DNA of 64,000 bases from Elsinoe ampelina (lineage: Eukaryota), in assembly GCA_010093995.1 (NCBI GenBank), contig ML992507.1, positions 679,576-743,575 on the forward strand. The letters are read 5' to 3'. The position numbers were made by a program, and so were the translations under genes. The notes beneath the pieces are model-generated. The model ran no database searches and was not told where the DNA came from. It saw only the letters and a list, made by a program, of their open reading frames with translations. The stretch's first letter is position 1; each line of letters opens with the position of its first letter. This document shows, one piece after another, positions 47,002 to 61,537 of this stretch.

Positions 47002-49834
47002 ATGGCGGCGGCTGCGGTAATGCAAGATCACGCTACACACATCACCATCGAAGACGAGGAGGAGGACTACTTCAATGATCTGTCGCAAACCAGGAACGGC
47101 GCCGCGACTGCAGACGAAATACCAAAAGCAAAGCGGATAGCATGTGTCCTATGCAGGAAGCGCAAACTCAAATGCGATGGTACCAAACCGAGCTGTGGAA
47201 CATGTAAACGCCTATCGCATGACTGCTCCTACGATGAGGTGCGAAAGAAGTCGGGTCCGAAAAGAGGATACGTGAGGCAACTGGAGGCGCGTTTGGGTGA
47301 GTCTCCTATGCTATGCCATCGTTGGCAGGCCTAGACGAACTGCTCATTCGGCTTGGAGCATTTCCGTTGCTTGAAAGACAGGGGACACATGCTGACCATC
47401 CACAGCCCAAGTCGAGACAATGCTAAAAGGTGGTGATGTGCCAACAGCATCAGCATCGAAGAGCAGAAGTGCCAGCTCTCAAGCCTCTCCAGACCAAATG
47501 AGCGACATCAACCTGGCAGAGTCATTCCCTACATCACACGCATCGCGATCTTCCGGTACAAACCTAACACCGAATGCTCCACCACGAAACGAGCTGATGA
47601 CCCTGGACCTTGAGGAGCCACTACCCACACAAAACATCATCGATGACTTGTAAGAAGGCGTTTCATTAATAATAGATCACATCAATGCTGACACATCCAG
47701 AAATCGATTGTACTTTGAGAAGGTCCATCCAGTGGCGCCGTTAGTCCATCCGGGCAGATACTATGCAGCCATGAGTCTTGATCCTCATCAGCGCCCACCA
47801 ATTTGTTTGAGATATGCAATGTGGGCTGCTGCTGCATCTGTCGTCGACAAGTACGAAGAATTGCAAGAACACTTTTACAAGCGAGCCAGAAAGTACATCG
47901 AACGCGACGAGATGCGAGGTCACGGAGAGGCCATTGTCACCGTACAGCATGTCCAGACCTGGTACCTTCTTGGCATGCTCGAGTTCAAGATGACATACTT
48001 TCCTAGAGCATGGATGTCAACAGGACGTGCTTGCCGTCTTGCTGTCATGATGGGACTCCACAGACTTGACTTTGCTGGACTAGAAGTCAAGCAGTGCTTG
48101 CCGCCGCCTCGCGACTGGACAGATAAGGAAGAGCGACGACGAACATTCTGGATGTGCTTCACCGCCGACCGCTTTGCCTCCATTGGTACTGGCTGGCCCA
48201 TGACGATCGATGAGAACGATATCCGCACACATCTACCCGCCGACGATGAAGCATTCGAGCAGTCTCGGGAGGTTCCAACCATCTCGTTACAACGCGCACT
48301 GGAGGCCGATGGATCTACCAAGCTCTCCTCGGCAGCTGGCGTCATGGTCATGGCGTGCTTGTTCGGTCGCAATCTGGTGCACTTGCACCGCGGTACTCCT
48401 GACGACAATGAGAGGAACCTCAATGGCAAGTTCTGGACTCGTCATCGAGCACTTGACGACCTTCTACTCAACATCGCCCTTACCCTTCCCGACCACCTTC
48501 GGCTACCTAGCGGTATCAATGACCAAAATACGATCTTCCTCAATCTCTGCATCCACACCTCGGTCATCTGCCTACACCAAGCTGCCATTTTCAAGGCCGA
48601 TGCAAACAAGCTGCCCGGAACCATTGCGTCAGAGTCGAAGATCCGGTGCATCACAGCCGCCGCAGAGATTGCTTCCATCATGCGCATGATCTCGCACCTT
48701 GACCTGACCAACGCCAACCCTTTCTCGACTTTTTGTCTCTACGTCGCCGCGCGTGTGTTTGTTCAATACCTCAAGTCAAGACCCTCAGACAGCAATGTCA
48801 AGGCATCATTACATTTCCTGCTCACCGCCATGCAGGCTATGAGGCGAAAGAACCTCCTCACGGAGTCTCTTCTGGTTCAATTGGACATCGACCTCCAGGC
48901 TGCTGGTCTGGAAGAGTCGAGATCATTGAGGAATCGTCTGGCCAAGATGGGAGGAGTAGCACCGATGCAGGCATCAAAAATGTGCACCAACGGCGGCACA
49001 CAAGAGATGCCTGGTCCCACTGGTCCGATGCCTCAAGCTCCACGACAAGGTCGTTCCTTTGGTGACAATACCATTGCCTACCTGCATCAAGCTGCCGCAC
49101 AACCACCCGCGAGTCGTGTGCAGAGTGTGTCAGACTCGGGCCAGAGTCCTGTCAACGGTAATGGCACAGACTTCTCCAGAGTGAGATTCATGCCCACACG
49201 TACGAAGACGCCATCCACGAGGCCGAGTCCAGCAACAGTCTCTGACGAGAACATGGAATTCATGGGCGACGCTTTCGACAGTGCCAGCCCTGGATCATTC
49301 AACGGCTTCTCTTCTCACACTTCATCTGTTTCACAACAGACACCTCCCCTTCTCAATCACCGCGACACATCCAGCTCAACATGGTCAAATGACAAACCTC
49401 TTTTCACACCCACAACAACCACAACCACCAATCCCCTCGCAGCCAACATTAGTGCAATGAGCAACGACGACTTCCAAGCCATGATGAATCAGTACACGGA
49501 CTCTATCTACACGGATAACAACAACTGCAGCAACAATCATAGTAACAGTAACAATCTCTCAGATCCCATGAATGTCATCATGGGCGGCACCAACGATGAC
49601 ACTGCCTTTACCATGCCCAACTTTTCTCTTCTCGATGACGGCTCAAATCAAGCTTCTGGTCTGGACTCGACGGGTTTCACTCCGGGACCTTCGAACGGCG
49701 GCGACTTGCTTGCTATGAGTGATGAGGAATGGAAGCAGATCATCGACTCTGGCATGGTCGACATGGGCTGGAACGGCGGCTTCTTGTCGGACAGAGGTGT
49801 ACAAGGAGACCAGAGGTGGAAGCCAGGCGTATAA
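47002..49834 (+). CDS. Zn2Cys6 transcription factor with fungal-specific TF domain; exons 47002-47296, 47406-47649, 47701-49834
   Basis: ACVLCRKRKLKCDGTKPSCGTCKRLSHDC and EERRRTFW...DR. Both introns are canonical and restore frame. Confidence 0.93.
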
Positions 49835-51100
49835 GGGTCACGAGGGGTTTTTGCGGCAAAACACACGGTTTCATTTGCTAATCGTATGGCGATATCGGGA
49901 TTGGGCGATATCGGGATTGATGTCAACGACGTGTATAAGCATTGTCGGTAGTGGATCGACAGCGAAGGAGTTCAGGGGCGGAATGGCTGGGTAGTCTTGC
50001 TACCTTGGAAAATGGCACGTTTTTGGGAGGAATCGCTGGGCGTATTGTGGCTTTTTAGATACCTCACCTCTTCATGTATACAACGATTGATCACTTTCTA
50101 GCCAAGTACGCCCTCCCACCGAACGCACGATACCTCGGGCCATCGACCATGTGAATCCAGCCGTGGACGGAGCGGCCCATGCAAATCTTTCGTCATCAGC
50201 AATGAGCACGTCGCCGATTTCCCGCTCGGTGACAGCAATGATGCCGCCGCGACCGGAACGAACATGCATAACCATGCGAAAAGGGCAAATGCGGGGGGGC
50301 CGATTTCGCCAAAACGCGGGGCTTTGTATCGCTTCTTGTACTTCCTCCTCGGCCAGAATGCTCGTTTCGCCGAAACCCCATTGATGATAAAAGGAGGTCA
50401 AAGTAGGCAAGGTAAATAGGTGGCATCGTTCTCAATCCAAATCAATACGCGCTCAAGACAGAAAGCCTCTCTTCAGACTCTCTCCATATCCTCATATCGG
50501 GTTCTGTGCAGCACAAACAAATACTACAACCATGGCCATAACACAAGCCACATATCCCTCCACCACTTCCTTTGCATCCACAACGAGCGACGACTCGATA
50601 CAAAAGCCATACACCTTCCGAGATACCACATCCAGCACCAGGGCTTCGAGACTGAGCTTGAGATCATTCATGGCATCCCTTTCATCACGAGAGCACACAG
50701 CTTCGTCAACTTCCAGTCGTGGCGTGGGCAAAGTCGACCACAACCGTCCACCAAAGAGGGAACTTCAAACAGGCTGCTACTTCGAGGATGCATAGAGAGT
50801 CAAAAACAGTACTGGCAGGGCCAGGGAGACATGACTGCAACGATTTTGGGTATCAGAACAAAGCATTAGTAGTGGGACTTATGCTGTTATGTGATTGCGA
50901 TAGGCGAATGTAATTACTTGAACAAATAATGGTTCCTTTCATCTTGATAGTCTGCTCTGGTAGATCCATCGGCTCTGGAGAGCAACTTTGCCGAGGATGT
51001 GTTTCGGCGTTTTGCTCGTCCCTGCCGCTCGAATTCATCGAGGAATTCCCCCTCAACCTTTTCTGAATGACAAACGACAGAACCGTGCAATGATAGAATC

Positions 51101-53416
51101 ATGCCGACGGCGAGGAGGACACAAGCGTGAGTATCCCGGGTTGTCACATTGTGAGGCACTGTGATGCTGTGCGAGTTTACACTGACCCTTTGTCCAGGTG
51201 TTTACCATGTCATTCGAGGAAAGTGAAATGCCCGGGTGGGACACCATGTATCAATTGTCAAAGACACAAGAAGGAGGCCGAGTGTCGGTATCCTGACAAA
51301 GGTCGAAGGAAAGTCACGGTCCGTGAAAGGTCTGTTGTGGTCTGCCGGTCTTCGGCGTCGTGGCCGAGAAGGGGTTCGCAGAGGGTAAGAAGGCAAGCGG
51401 CTGATCAACCACAGCTACATCAATGACCTGGAAGATGAAATCAAGCGCTTGAAACGGCAATCGCAAACACAAACGCCATCGGCTTCGAATTACAGTCCTC
51501 AGCAGCCTGATTTTGCAGTAGCACTACCAGCAACTACTACCACCGCTTCTACCATACTACCAACCGCGGCACAAGACACAGAGCACGTCTTCGATCACGA
51601 TCCATGGTTTGTCGATTACAAGAACCATGATGGTCCGGTGTATATTGGCGAAGCAGCATGTACCGGCTTCACCACTCGCTGTCGCCAGGTCTTTTCATCA
51701 GTCACCGGGCTAGATGGCAAGCACATCGTCAGGACGCATTTTATATCGGACGAGAAATTTGCAGAATTCTCGGTAACGCCATGTCCATGGCCAACGTACA
51801 ACCAAGCTACGCTAATGGCGAGAGTGGTTCAGGGTACTATTGGGTCTTACTACAATCTGTGTCGGTGGGATGTCCTCTTTAGCGATATGAAGAATCTTTA
51901 TTCATCACCCATGGTACCCGGTAGGCTATTGACGTGTAAGCTTTATGCCATCTTCGCTTTGGGAGAGGTGTATTCCGCTAGGTCGAGCAGCAGCGGTGGA
52001 TACCCTGGCTTGCAGTACTTCTTGAGAGCGAATCGAGAAGTGTCTGGCAGGCCAGAGAGGCCGAGGACAGAGAGTATCGAGATTGCCGTCATGCTGGTAA
52101 GACCAACTCATGATTCCAGATACACGGCTTACATGGGACAGTGCTTGTATTCCCTCATACTCAACCGGCGAGACGCTGCATACTTCTGGATAGGCTCCGC
52201 TCTCCGCATGTCCATGACCCAAGGTATGCACCACTCGATTCCACAACACCAGACCGTCGATGTTGCCAAAATGGAGCACCGCACTCGCATGTGGTGGACG
52301 GTCTATGTCCTGGACCGGATGAGCTCTGCCATGATGTCACATCCCATCTCGATTCCTGACACAGACATCGACATTCAACTCCCATCGGATCCGCGGACCA
52401 TACCAGCTCTCGCCAACAACACCGACCTGATCGATCACGAATTTCTCATAGCAACCATCAAACTTGCACGTATCCTCGGCGATATCGCATCCTCTCTATA
52501 CACCCGCGCAAAAGCCCAACGGTCCTCCCTCCATCGGGTCCAGACACTTCTCAAATCCCTCCAAACCTGGCACGACAACCTCCCAAAACACCTCCAGCTT
52601 CCCAAGTCCACACCGATCCAGACCGTCCCCCGCCCCGTAGCAACCATGCATCTCTGGTTCAACCAGACCATCATCCTCACCACCCGGCCCGTCCTCCTCT
52701 ACGTCCTCCGCAACCACCTCTCACCTACCCAATCTTCACCGGCTCAGTTTGGCCCCTACCACCAACCATCAATACCTACCAACACTTCCGACCCCTCCCT
52801 TGCCTTTTCCACAACCTGCATCACCTGCGCCAAAGAGAACATCCGCATCCTGCAATCCCTCTGGGTCGTCGGATCCTTCAGCACCTTTGCCTACTTCTAC
52901 AGCAACTACCTCTTCTCGGCAGGGGTGACCCTCGGCGTCGCCTCTCAACTCCCCTCTCCTACCAACGACCAAGACGCTTGCACAGAGGGCTTCGAGTTTG
53001 TCCTGCAGACCTTGAAGCATCTGACCGACTGCGGGAACTTGCCCGCGAAAGAATTCCACAAAAACCTCGATGCGCTCAAGGCGCAGATCGCGAAGTGGGA
53101 GGAGATGAAGAGCCATAGACAATCTAGCTCGACCGTCCCCATGAACGTGGACAACGTTGGCCCTGGGGAATTCCCAGGGATGGGGGCCAGTGCGATTGAG
53201 ACAGCGAACCAGGTGTGGAGTGGGAACTCTGCATTTCATGATGCAGGTGTCTTCTCGGAGCCGACGCTGCAGGGCTTCCTGGCGCAGGGCAGCTTCGATT
53301 TACCTGATATCATGGCGGGGGCCGAGGGGGAGGGCGATCCGGATTTGGCATTTTTGTATACTTGGCCGGATGAGTTGGGGGATGTGGGTGGGGGTTTAGG
53401 GATGTCGGGGTTGTAG
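51101..53416 (+). CDS. Zn2Cys6 transcription factor (Put3-like middle region); introns 51127-51197, 51330-51414 and probably 52097-52141
   Basis: ACLPCHSRKVKCPGGTPCINCQRHKKEAEC, PVYIGEAAC and EHRTRMWWTVYVLDR. Confidence 0.9.
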
Positions 53417-54131
53417 GGGCAAGAGGTACGGGATGGATGAGCAGGATGAGAATTGAAAGAGGATATCAGGTAAAGAGAGAAGAGTGTGTGTTGTTGTAGA
53501 GGCTGACTGCGGACGGGTCGGCGGCAGTTTATGGAACTACCAGGATTCGAAAGTGGAATGCGGCTTGCTACATGCGCAGCTCTGTTGAAGGGCCTTCTAC
53601 CAGTTCCCCGCCGTGAGTTGGTCACGTGATCAACCGGCCATTGGCTTGGCAGGAACGGATTCCGCTCCTCCCGTTCAATTCCTCGCGTTTCACTCCAACC
53701 CAGTCGCGTCTTCCGCATCACTTCACTGCAAGCTCCACCTTCTCTTCTTCTACTGCTTACTTTTTATCCCAATTAGCATCACAACTCGTGCCGCCACTGT
53801 TGTTATCATGTGTGTATCGGACAGCTTGAGATGGAGTTCCAATCTCCACCACTTCCTGGTCAGTGGACGGTTTGTCGGACAAACCGTGCTCAGCTGGAAA
53901 ATTGCTTAATTCCAGTTGGCCGTTGGAACCACTTCCCATACTGGAGTGCTGCTTCTCAGGGTCTACAACCGATGAACTGTATCAAACGTATGAACTGGAG
54001 CGTTCGTACATCTCCACTATCAACGGCGCCGTTCTTGACGAGACAAAATATCCTTCATGCATCATGGAGGGATATATAAGGCCTGGTCTGCGCATTTGCG
54101 TATGGCTTGACGTTTGTAATAGCTTCGCAAC

Positions 54132-57100
54132 ATGATGTCCAGAACTATCGCACTTCTACTGTACACATGGCTCTTTACTTGTGCCATGGCAGCGGTCCCA
54201 ACACCTGCGGCACCTGCTGTGCATGCTGCTCCAACTCCCTTCTGCTCGAAGCAATTCGCGAAGGCGTTCTCCAAATTCCCCAAGCAGGCCACCAAACTTT
54301 GCAAGACATTCACCAAGAAGAAGATCCATACTGCTTATCCTGATTTCATATGGACCAACTGCAATGTGGATCAGTATCGCCCAAAGAAGGTCAATGTCGC
54401 TCTTTCACAAGTGTGTACCAAGTTCATGAGCCAGCATAGCTCAAAGCCTGCCGGCAGAACTACTACGACCCCGATCAAAACAACACCGAAAAGCAGTGTG
54501 GATCCGACAACGGGACCAGCAGTAAAGACTCCCTCGAGTGTATTCTTGAGCTCACCTTCGAGTTCGTTGCAGAGACCCTCGTCGACCAGCAATGTCCTGC
54601 CCTCTTCAAGCACGTCTGCGACAGCTTCTTCCGTCGAGATGTCGACATCCATTTCTGGCGGAAGCAGCTTTACCACTAGCTCGGTCAGCACCTTTACACG
54701 GATTTCTAGCACGGATATATCGTCTACCACGGTATCTACATTGGAAGCCGCGCCCACCGCGACTTTGATCCCGGTGATGGATGTAACCAATGATCCGAAG
54801 GATTTGAGTAATCTACGGCTACAGAACAGCAGTGCCCTTTTCTATGCCGAGCAGTCTTTGGAGACGAGTATATTTCCCTTGTGCACGTTTCGTGATGATT
54901 TCTGACCATGACAGATCCATATGCGAAGCAGATGATGGCCAAAAGTATGTATCTACTAATCCATACTCACTACGACGACTAATGGAATCCCAGTGAGGGT
55001 CAATTTCAAGTATCCCACCGTCTTGATCGAGAATACCGATTATCTGACAGACGTGGCTTGCAAGACGACTAGCGTCCAACAAGATTCTTTATCATGGACG
55101 TTAGAGCTAGTCATAACAACGAAAACCGCTTACGACTTCATCAAGTCGAACTGGGCCAGACATTTGAACATAGCTGGTAGAGGTGAGGATATGGTCATCA
55201 TTTTCAGGGGCGACGACTGTGAGCAAACGGCCAACCATACACGAAGCTACTGGTTGGGAAGTGTAGGTTACCTGGGCTGGCAGGAAGAGAATGGCTATGG
55301 CTACCTGCGATTCGAAGGAGATGAGATCCTTACACAAGAAGGTATCGAGGATGCTCGATTGGTCTGGGGTTTGTCTTTCCGATGCACAATATGTCAATCA
55401 CTATTCACGCAACCATAGGATCGTCATCCGCACTGAATGACACCTCAATCAGTGGTCTCAATTCGACAGTGTCCTACCAGAATAACCAGACTTGCAAGCC
55501 ATTTCCACCTGACGGCAGCGAGAGCGAAGGCCTCGACGGAATGCAGACGGATCCCTGCGTATCTTCTTTTGATGCAGCTCTCGATGACAAGATAGGCTAC
55601 GACTACTTGGATTCGAATTCCCGCATTCTTGAATCGATTTCCGCTGTCGACGCATACAGAAGGTATCTCGACGCCTTCAATCAACGCAAGAAGGAAATGG
55701 AAGCAACTCCTGAGCCCACTTATACTTTCTGGGACCTGTTATGGGGTGCTATCACCTCTGCGGTGACAACGATTGTCAACATAGTAGTCACAGCTGTGGA
55801 GATAGTTGCTACGATCATCACTGGATACGAGGGGGAATTTTTGCGTGGAAAATTTGACTTGAACCTGGCACCTCCGAATGAAGACGAGTCTCCGTGGGGC
55901 CCGGCCTACCTTCTACTCAAGTACCCGCAAGACGGTTCAGGGCCGCCGGCACGGGCGAGGGCATCTGCAGTTGCGACCGCTGCACCTGGTAGTTCCGACG
56001 ACGATGACGGAGGCTTTTCGGGATCCATAGCAGCTTACTGCGTCGACTGTGGAGCCCGCGGCACAATCGAGTATTGGGGGTCAGCGGATCTCAGTATCAC
56101 AGGAGGTCTACGAAAATTGCAGGTCGGGATGCAAGGCAACCTCGCAGCAGGTCTGAATCTCGGCATACAGGTTGAAGGGAAGTACACAACACCGAAATTG
56201 CGTCGATCTATCATTCCGCCTGTCGGGGTTCCATTCATCAAGATACCTGGTATCATCACGGTCGGACCACAGATGTCGCTCGAAGCAACATTACAAGCAT
56301 CTGTTTCGGCTTCGGGAGAGATCCTTGCGGGAGTGTCCTTGGATGTCCCATATTTCAACGTCATGTACGATTTGGTCGATAAGGAAAACTCAAGGTCCGT
56401 CGGTCTCGATGATATGAACATCAAGAAATACTTCCAGATCAAGGGGAAATTATCGGCAGAAGCGACCCTTGGACTCCCGATCAGCCTGGGAATCGGCGTC
56501 GAGATTCCATTGCTGGAGGCGAACTTTGCTGCCAAGTTGATCAATACCCCTGCGATCACCGCCGAAGCGTCCTACCAGCACGACATCGCATCAGGGGGAA
56601 ATGTTCCTAAACCGGACGATGACGAAGATAAATGCAGCGGCATCGAATGGGGGATCAAGTTCAGCAACACACTTGCGTTCAACCTCCTAGACATCTACGA
56701 AAAGGAACTTCTCGCCTGGAAGCCCCCGCCCTTCGTCAAAGGCTGCATCAACTTCACCTCAGACACAGCGACCATCGGTAACGCATCGTCGGACAAATAC
56801 TCCAACTCCATCTCCACCCCGACCTTCGACTTCGCGACCAACGCCACAACAGGCGCCTCCCTAGTCGACACATCCAACTCCCTCTTCCTAGTCTCAGCAC
56901 TAGACCACAACCTCTACGTCCAAAAGTCCCCCGAAGGCGCCACCTTTTTCCAAAACTCAACAACCACAAGCAACACATGGCTCGTCGACCAGCGAAAGAA
57001 AAAGTACAAAGACGAACCCGTCCTCCTCACCGACGAGCGCAACCAAGCCATGTTCCTCTTCCCCTCGCTCCTCCAACGCTTCGGCGTCTCCCGCGTCCGC

Positions 57101-57427
57101 ATGGCAGGCGTCGACCGCATCCCCGCGGGATCCCGCATGACGGCCCTCGCGGCCGGGGATCTGGACAACAAGAGCGACACCCCGTCGGCGTACTTTTTCT
57201 CGGCGCCGGCCGGTATCCAATTCGAAGATGGACCGAGGGTGTTGCTGCCGGCTGTGTGCGAGGTCGAGGACGCGATGGGGCACAGGTTGCCCAAGGTGTT
57301 TGTCGTCATGCACCCTGTTGATGGCCTGAAGACGTTGATGGAGAATGAGTACATGCCGCGCGTGGTCACGGGGGGTACGGCGAGGAATTGTTCTATTTTG
57401 GCGTTGAAGTTGGCGCGTCAGCTGTGA
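54132..57427 (+). CDS. Large secreted multidomain protein of unknown function, about 1049 aa; exons 54132-54867, 54915-54944, 54994-55368, 55419-57427
   Basis: Signal peptide, Cys/Lys-rich head, Ser/Thr stalk, FKYPTVLIE, YCVDCG and IPGIITVGP motifs. Three GT-AG introns join three ORFs in frame. Confidence 0.8.
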
Positions 57428-57709
57428 GAAGTTGCAGAGCAGTCGTGTGCCGACGCGTGGTGGCAAGTGCTCGACAGCGGCCGGCACTCGGCGACGGCCG
57501 CTGGAGGAGGTCGGCAGGCTGTCTGGTAGGCAAGAGTCACATCGACTGTCTGCGCTGGGCTTGAATCACAGGAGCTTCGAACGGATCCATCAGGTCTCTC
57601 TCTTCTTGAGACTGGTTCTCTTTCATTTCCAGAAATGAAGCTACGGGGTATCATTGCTAATCGTTGCTCAGAAAGCTTGAAAAACATCTCTGTATCTGTC
57701 GTATCATGA

Positions 57710-60700
57710 TCACGTCTGCGCCTGCGCCTGAGGACGCGTGTTTCCATCATCATCCATCTCCTTGATCAACTGCTTCAGCTTCCCCAGCGAAGCAGGCTTG
57801 ACCAGGAAGTCATCTATGCCCGACTTCTCGGCATCGAGCCGAGCGTCCTCTGACGCTACACCAGTGATGGCGACGATGCGGCATTTCCGTAGTCTATGCT
57901 TGTTTTCGAAAGATCGAATTTCTCGAGTGGCTGTGAAGCCGTCCATGATGGGCATGGAGATGTCCATGAGGATGGCATCAAAGGTAGTGGGATCGTTTTG
58001 GTAGGCTTTGACGGCCTCGAGACCGTTTTCGGCTTTGACGTAGTCGACGCCTAGCTTGCGGGACCAAGCTACTAGAAGCTTCATGTTTAGGTCGTTGTCT
58101 TCAACGAGGAGGAATTTTTTGCGATTTACGGATCCTTGACCCCAGTAGAGGTTACCTTGCGTACGGCCAGAATTTGTCGAGCTCTTCCGCGATAGCTGCG
58201 TTGTAGGGCCATTATCATGCTTGTGTAGGGTCTGTGGTCTCGCAGCTGATGTTTGTTGTGGATTGGCATGCGCGACATCGGACAGGATACGGGCGAATTT
58301 GCGAGGGCCGAATGGAGGATCCATCGTGGTGTGGACTGGTAGGTTTGCGTTGTGCTGGCGTTCGTAGCCAGTTCCGAATCTCTCTGTGAGTACGATGAGA
58401 CGGCATACTGGCTTGCTGAGATTCCCCGGAGTCATGTTTGACCATTGTTCAAAGTCTGATTGCAAGATGAAACAGACGTCGTGTGGGGTCGCATCTTCAA
58501 TGCTTTCGATGACTTTAACTGAAGCTCCAAGCCAGTAACGGCTCGTCTGCAGGATAGATGACCTCAGCATATCGTTTCGTGTGATGGTGGAGCGCTTGGC
58601 GTCATTACCATTGGGGCGTACGAGCAGTGCAAGACCTATGTCTGGCAGAGAAAGGATGCCTTGTGGTCCAGAATCAAGGTCGTCGGAGTCTTGCGATGGT
58701 GCTTCCCTGTGAGAGACCGGTATTGTCACAAGGATTTTGGTGCCTTGGCCTCGAGAAGAGTCACTTTCAATGCTGATACTGCCCCGCATTTGCGACACTA
58801 GCTGCTTGACAATGTACAAGCCGAGCCCAGTCCCAGTGGCCATGGTGTCTTCTTGTGTGAAAGCCGTGTACATTCGATGCTTCTGGTAATCCAACGAGAT
58901 GCCACTACCAGAATCCTGAATGGCCAAGGTGACGATTTTGCCATCTGACTGAAGCTTGACATGGACATATCCCTCTTTCGTGTATTTCAAGGCGTTGCCA
59001 ACCAGGTTGGTGAGTATGCGAACCCAAGAACCTGAATGTACATCTACCCCCCAATTTGATCGATGTGCAATGTTCAGAATGACCTGTACAATCTCTTGAG
59101 GACGGCCCTCAAAATCGCGAGGCTGCGGGACATTGCCCGAAGATTCACGCTCCATAGTTTTCGCATTCGCACGATAGCGTTGACCAGCAACAACGGTGTT
59201 GACAACATCTTCGGTCAACTGAGCCAAGTCGATACATGCACCCTCATCGGCAGAACCTTCAGAGTCATGTCTGGCGAGCATGGATTTGCCGTCGGTACTT
59301 TTCCGGTTGTCCGACGATGTATTGATCTTTGTGAAGGTCAGGATGGCGTTTATCGTATCCAGAAGAGCGCTGCCAGCCAACTTGACAGTGGTTGCCATCT
59401 CTTGTTGTACAGAATCCAAGTCCGTGTCGAGCAAGAAGTCTGCTCCAGCTAGCACTCCATGCAAGGGGCTGCGTAATTCGTGAGACATCATTGAGATGAA
59501 GGTGGCCTTGGCTTGATCCGATGCAAGCATGTCGAGCCGTAACAGCTCGCCAGAGATGTTGTGTGAGAACGAAGATAGATAGGCCAGATCTTCTTCGCGG
59601 GTGAAATGTCTACCGGGAGTGGTCACCCAGACCAGAGCACTGGCTCGCCATCGCTCTCGATGAGGCTGTAGCTGTCAGCACGTGTTCAATACAGCATCGT
59701 CAGATACTCACATCCCAGATAGGAATGAAAATGACACTGCGAGCGTCGTCACAAAGCTTGGAAAGAGCATCTGCATCCTTAGTGTGTCGCACATACTTTG
59801 GGTGTTTGTTCTCCGGGTGTTCTCCAGCACCGTCACCTTCTTGACCAGAGCTCGAATCCATAGTTCCATCCTCACTGAAGTTGAAAATCTTGCCTGCCGG
59901 CCAGGTCTTCACCAGGCGCTCCATCCTTCGTTGCAGAAGCGATGCGTACTTTTGTGGAGACGAAAAGTTCCGCATGCTTGAACCAGTTCTTGATGAGTAC
60001 CCGAGAGGTTCACATCGCGAGCTGGTACTATCTCTTTGAGGACCTCGCCTCCGTCGCTTTTCCGCACGTCCAGACCCGGGGTGATTCGACCTCGTGTCGC
60101 CATGATTGGAAGAATCGGTGAGTACTTCGGAACTTGAAGATCCACTAGGAGTTGTCGACTCGTTCTCACGGACCAAGGCAGCACCATCAGCTAATAAGCG
60201 CCTAGCCTTTCCAGATCTGCCGGCCTTGCCCTTTGTGAAGCCGGCATCCAGAAAAATGACACCGTCCGCATTCATGGCCTCCCGGATGAGATTGCTGGCC
60301 CGAGCGAACAGCTGCGACGTCGCATGACGAACGTCAAAGTTGGTTGAGCTCGAGCGACCAGGCAGCCCGTGGGGTCCAGGAGGTCGACTTTCCCCGGCCA
60401 CGTCGCTTCGGGCAAAGTCCTGGATGTTCGTTCCCGCATATGGTCTACCTCTTGAACCTTCCAGAAAGGAGTGGTGTTCCGAAGCCGAATGACCTCTTGC
60501 AGCTATCCTGTCCGAATTCCGGTGGCGATTTGGCATGTCTCCTAGCTCTTCATCTGCTTCTCTGTCACGATTTGAGTCCCGAACCATCGCATCCTGCTCT
60601 TGCCTCCTGCTGCGTTGCTTCTCAGCATCGTAAGACTCAAGCCACCATTCGCGGAAGCTACTACCACCTTGGCTGAAGACGCCCAGGCCCTTGATCAGTC

Positions 60701-61537
60701 GTTCGGCATTTTGCTTCTGTAACATTGCTCTTCTGGCTTCCAAGTGATTGACCACAGTCTCGGCCATGTCCTCGAGAAAGACCATCTCATCTTCGCTGAC
60801 GCCATATCTTGGTACTGTGCTAATGATTGTGTACGCGCCAATGGCGTAGCCGCGCAAGCTCCGCAAAGGGACAGAGCAGAGGAAGCGAATGTCGTGATTG
60901 AACCTTGGGAACACTGGTCTGTATTCACCATTGTGTCTGACATCGCTGACAATCAGGGAATGTGGTGTCTTGCTTTCGACGTGGTAGTAATCCTTGGCGG
61001 AGACACATGGGCGGCGCGTGGAAGTAGCGCTCCAGTAGGGAAGCACTAGATTGCTCAACCCTTCTGATCGTGCGTAGCTTGCTGTACCTATCCATAATCC
61101 ATCTGCTGCGCCATGGGTGGTATCGCTCTGCAGCGACAAGGTCCTGGTCGATTCTGCAAGGACGAATTCATGCTCTTTACTAAACAGGGTGACCAGACAG
61201 CGGTCTGCACTGAGTCGAAGGGTTCCGAGCTGTGCGAAGGCGGCGAGAGCTGTGTCGTCGCAGCCAACGGTGCTATAGGACGACCCGCCACCTGTGGCAT
61301 CTGCGAGAGAGATAGGCTGGAAGACTTTGGAAGCTCGCACTGTACTTCGCCATGGCTCGAGGAAGCTGAGCAAGGGATGGTCAGCGACGGTACATTTCCC
61401 GGAGAGCCTCAGGTTGGCCTGCAGATCGGAAGCTTGAAGGATTCATACCGGAAGACTTCTCGCTCACGCGCAGAATGCGACGAAGGGTCATCCACAGGCG
61501 AGTCTGTACCCGTCAGTGGGCTGCTGGTGTCAGCCAT
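57710..61537 (-). CDS. Hybrid histidine kinase (GAF-like, HisKA, HATPase, REC); exons 61537-61449, 61365-59712, 59665-57710
   Basis: H-box SHELRSPLHG, N-box NLVGNALKYT, DSGSGIS, GTGLGL, and receiver motifs LVEDN, MDISMP and KP. Confidence 0.94.

Noticed and set aside
27467..53416. Possible secondary-metabolite cluster (BVMO, esterase, MFS, Zn2Cys6 factors)
   Set aside because: No PKS, NRPS or terpene synthase backbone gene, and housekeeping genes (cyclin B, uL2m) are interspersed.
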